From positions 841,741-905,740 of the forward strand of contig CAVZPP010000002.1 in assembly GCA_963777115.1 (NCBI GenBank): a stretch of DNA of 64,000 bases, read 5' to 3'. Below are positions 62,471 through 64,000 of the stretch, one piece after another. The position numbers and the translations under genes were made by a program. Positions within the stretch are counted from its first letter, which is position 1. Every line of letters begins with the position of its first letter. Source of the stretch: an uncultured Bacteroidaceae bacterium. GTDB taxonomy: Bacteria; Bacteroidota; Bacteroidia; Bacteroidales; SM23-62. Under the pieces are notes generated by a model. That model worked only from the letters and a program-made list of their open reading frames with translations, was not told where the DNA came from and ran no database searches.

Positions 62471-63481
62471 ATGATCTTGATATTCAGAATTCTAAGTCAC
62501 AGATATGCATATCACATTTACTTCTGGAGTTTATTCTTCATACTGTTTGTGTTTTTGGGATCAGATAGATTTCAAAATCTGAATTATGGTTTACGTATAA
62601 GTATCGCATTTATCATTCCCTGGATAGTTGCATCGTACATTCACTTTTATTTTCATACTCGATTTTTTGCCAGGCGAATGTATTTTATTTACATCCTCTT
62701 GACTATTTCTATAGTAATCATATTTGGATACCTATCAGAATTATCGGTTGACCTTATCCTTTCTGATAGTCAATTTGATAGATCGGGCTACATCGATGTT
62801 GCAATAATTCTTGTATTTACTTCAGGATTGAGATATTTTAGAAGGGGAGTAAATCAGCAATTCCGGATGCAGGAAATGGAATCGAAACAATTAAAAGCAG
62901 AATTAAGTCTCCTGAAAAGCCAGATAAATCCACATTTTTTATTTAATACCTTAAATAATCTTTATTCAATCGCTAAAAAATATGGTGATAGTGAAGCGGC
63001 AGAAGGATTGTTAAAACTATCCCAATTAATGAGATATATGATTTATGATAGCAATGCAGAATTGGTCAGTTTGGAAAAGGAGATTGAATACATTGAGGAT
63101 TATGTTGAATTGCAGAGACTTAGGGTTAATCAGCACGAATTCCCAAAAATCCATCTCGAGACTACTGGTGATTTTCGATCGAATTTTATAAGTCCAATGA
63201 TGCTAATTCCGTTTATTGAAAATGCATTTAAACATGGATCTGGCGGCAAGGACAGGAACTTAATTGACATCCAGATAAGACTTGAGAAGAAAGTCCTCAA
63301 GCTGAAGGTGATGAATCCCATGGGGGACAACCATAACACGACGGGATCAAATAAAATAGGTTCGGGAATTGGTCTGGAGAATGTTAGTCGAAGACTGAAT
63401 TTGATATATCCAGACAGGCATAGTCTTTCTATTAAGTCTGACAACGATTGTTTCCGTATCGAATTAATAATTGATTTATAG
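62471..63481 (+). CDS. LytS/YehU-type sensor histidine kinase
   Basis: Four TM helices; LKSQINPHFLFNTLN, ENAFKHG and GIGLENV..RL motifs. Confidence 0.94.
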   Translation: MILIFRILSHRYAYHIYFWSLFFILFVFLGSDRFQNLNYGLRISIAFIIPWIVASYIHFYFHTRFFARRMYFIYILLTISIVIIFGYLSELSVDLILSDSQFDRSGYIDVAIILVFTSGLRYFRRGVNQQFRMQEMESKQLKAELSLLKSQINPHFLFNTLNNLYSIAKKYGDSEAAEGLLKLSQLMRYMIYDSNAELVSLEKEIEYIEDYVELQRLRVNQHEFPKIHLETTGDFRSNFISPMMLIPFIENAFKHGSGGKDRNLIDIQIRLEKKVLKLKVMNPMGDNHNTTGSNKIGSGIGLENVSRRLNLIYPDRHSLSIKSDNDCFRIELIIDL

Positions 63482-63489
63482 TATAGGTC

Positions 63490-64000
63490 ATGAACTGCAT
63501 CGCCATAGATGATGAGCCTAGAGCTCTTGATGTAATAGAAGAATATTCATCAAAAATATCATTATTGACCTTAGAAAAGTCATTTTCCAATTCACTTAAA
63601 GCAGTTGAATATCTGCAGAAGAATAAGATTGATCTGATTTTTCTAGATATTGAAATGCCAAATCTATCTGGGATGGATTTATTGAAAACTTTAGAATACC
63701 AACCAATGATAATTTTCACAACGGCATATTCGGAATTTGCCGTTGACAGTTTTGATTTTAATGTTATAGATTATTTATTAAAACCAATTGATTTCAATCG
63801 ATTCCTAAAATCCGTTAACAAAGCGTTCAGACAATACAGTTTAGTAAATTCAGACATAAAGGAAACCATACAGGATACAGATAACACAAAAGATGAGTCA
63901 TTTATTTTGGTTAAAAGTGGAACAAAAATCCATAGACTCATTAAAAAGGATATCCTGTACATCCAAAGTTACGGCAACTATGTTTACTTTTTTACAAACA
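63490..64000 (+). CDS. LytTR family response regulator (runs off the window)
   Basis: MNCIAIDDEP, DLIFLDIEMP, IIFTTAY, DYLLKP and the start of the LytTR domain. Confidence 0.92.
   Translation, partial: MNCIAIDDEPRALDVIEEYSSKISLLTLEKSFSNSLKAVEYLQKNKIDLIFLDIEMPNLSGMDLLKTLEYQPMIIFTTAYSEFAVDSFDFNVIDYLLKPIDFNRFLKSVNKAFRQYSLVNSDIKETIQDTDNTKDESFILVKSGTKIHRLIKKDILYIQSYGNYVYFFTN

Overview
Bacteroidota (Bacteroidales/Marinilabiliales-like) chromosomal window, supported by a SusD gene, a T9SS C-terminal domain and TAnnTTTG promoters. It has three parts. (1) 1-18.9 kb: an apparent peptidoglycan scavenging and recycling locus: SusD, a secreted GHL10/DigH-like hydrolase, a BadF-family MurK-like kinase, murQ, a FadR-type regulator with an FAD/Fe-S D-lactate dehydrogenase, then GT2, DUF4922, tandem GNAT, SpoIID/LytB, an AmpG carrying a large inserted domain, and a NagB/PIG-L fusion. 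(2) 19-48.7 kb: housekeeping backbone (nhaA, cysH, mnmA, addA/radical SAM/addB, a repeat-fused K+ channel, trmD, DUF349, pyrG, yidC, ribH, recF, DUF721, ndk, nrnA, two FKBPs, a methyltransferase, an MBL hydrolase, an MFS). (3) 48.7-64 kb: a visibly more AT-rich accessory region with GH2, PL1, decayed toxin-antitoxin and transglutaminase relics, ECF/FecR and LytS/LytTR genes. It also holds an unannotated repeated module: a 24-bp direct repeat 5.2 kb apart, four related hairpin/att-like motifs and two copies of a 50-aa microprotein. Several single-base frameshifts (DUF349, yidC, six in GH2) look like sequencing errors. No rRNA, tRNA, CRISPR array or intact integrase/transposase was recognised.
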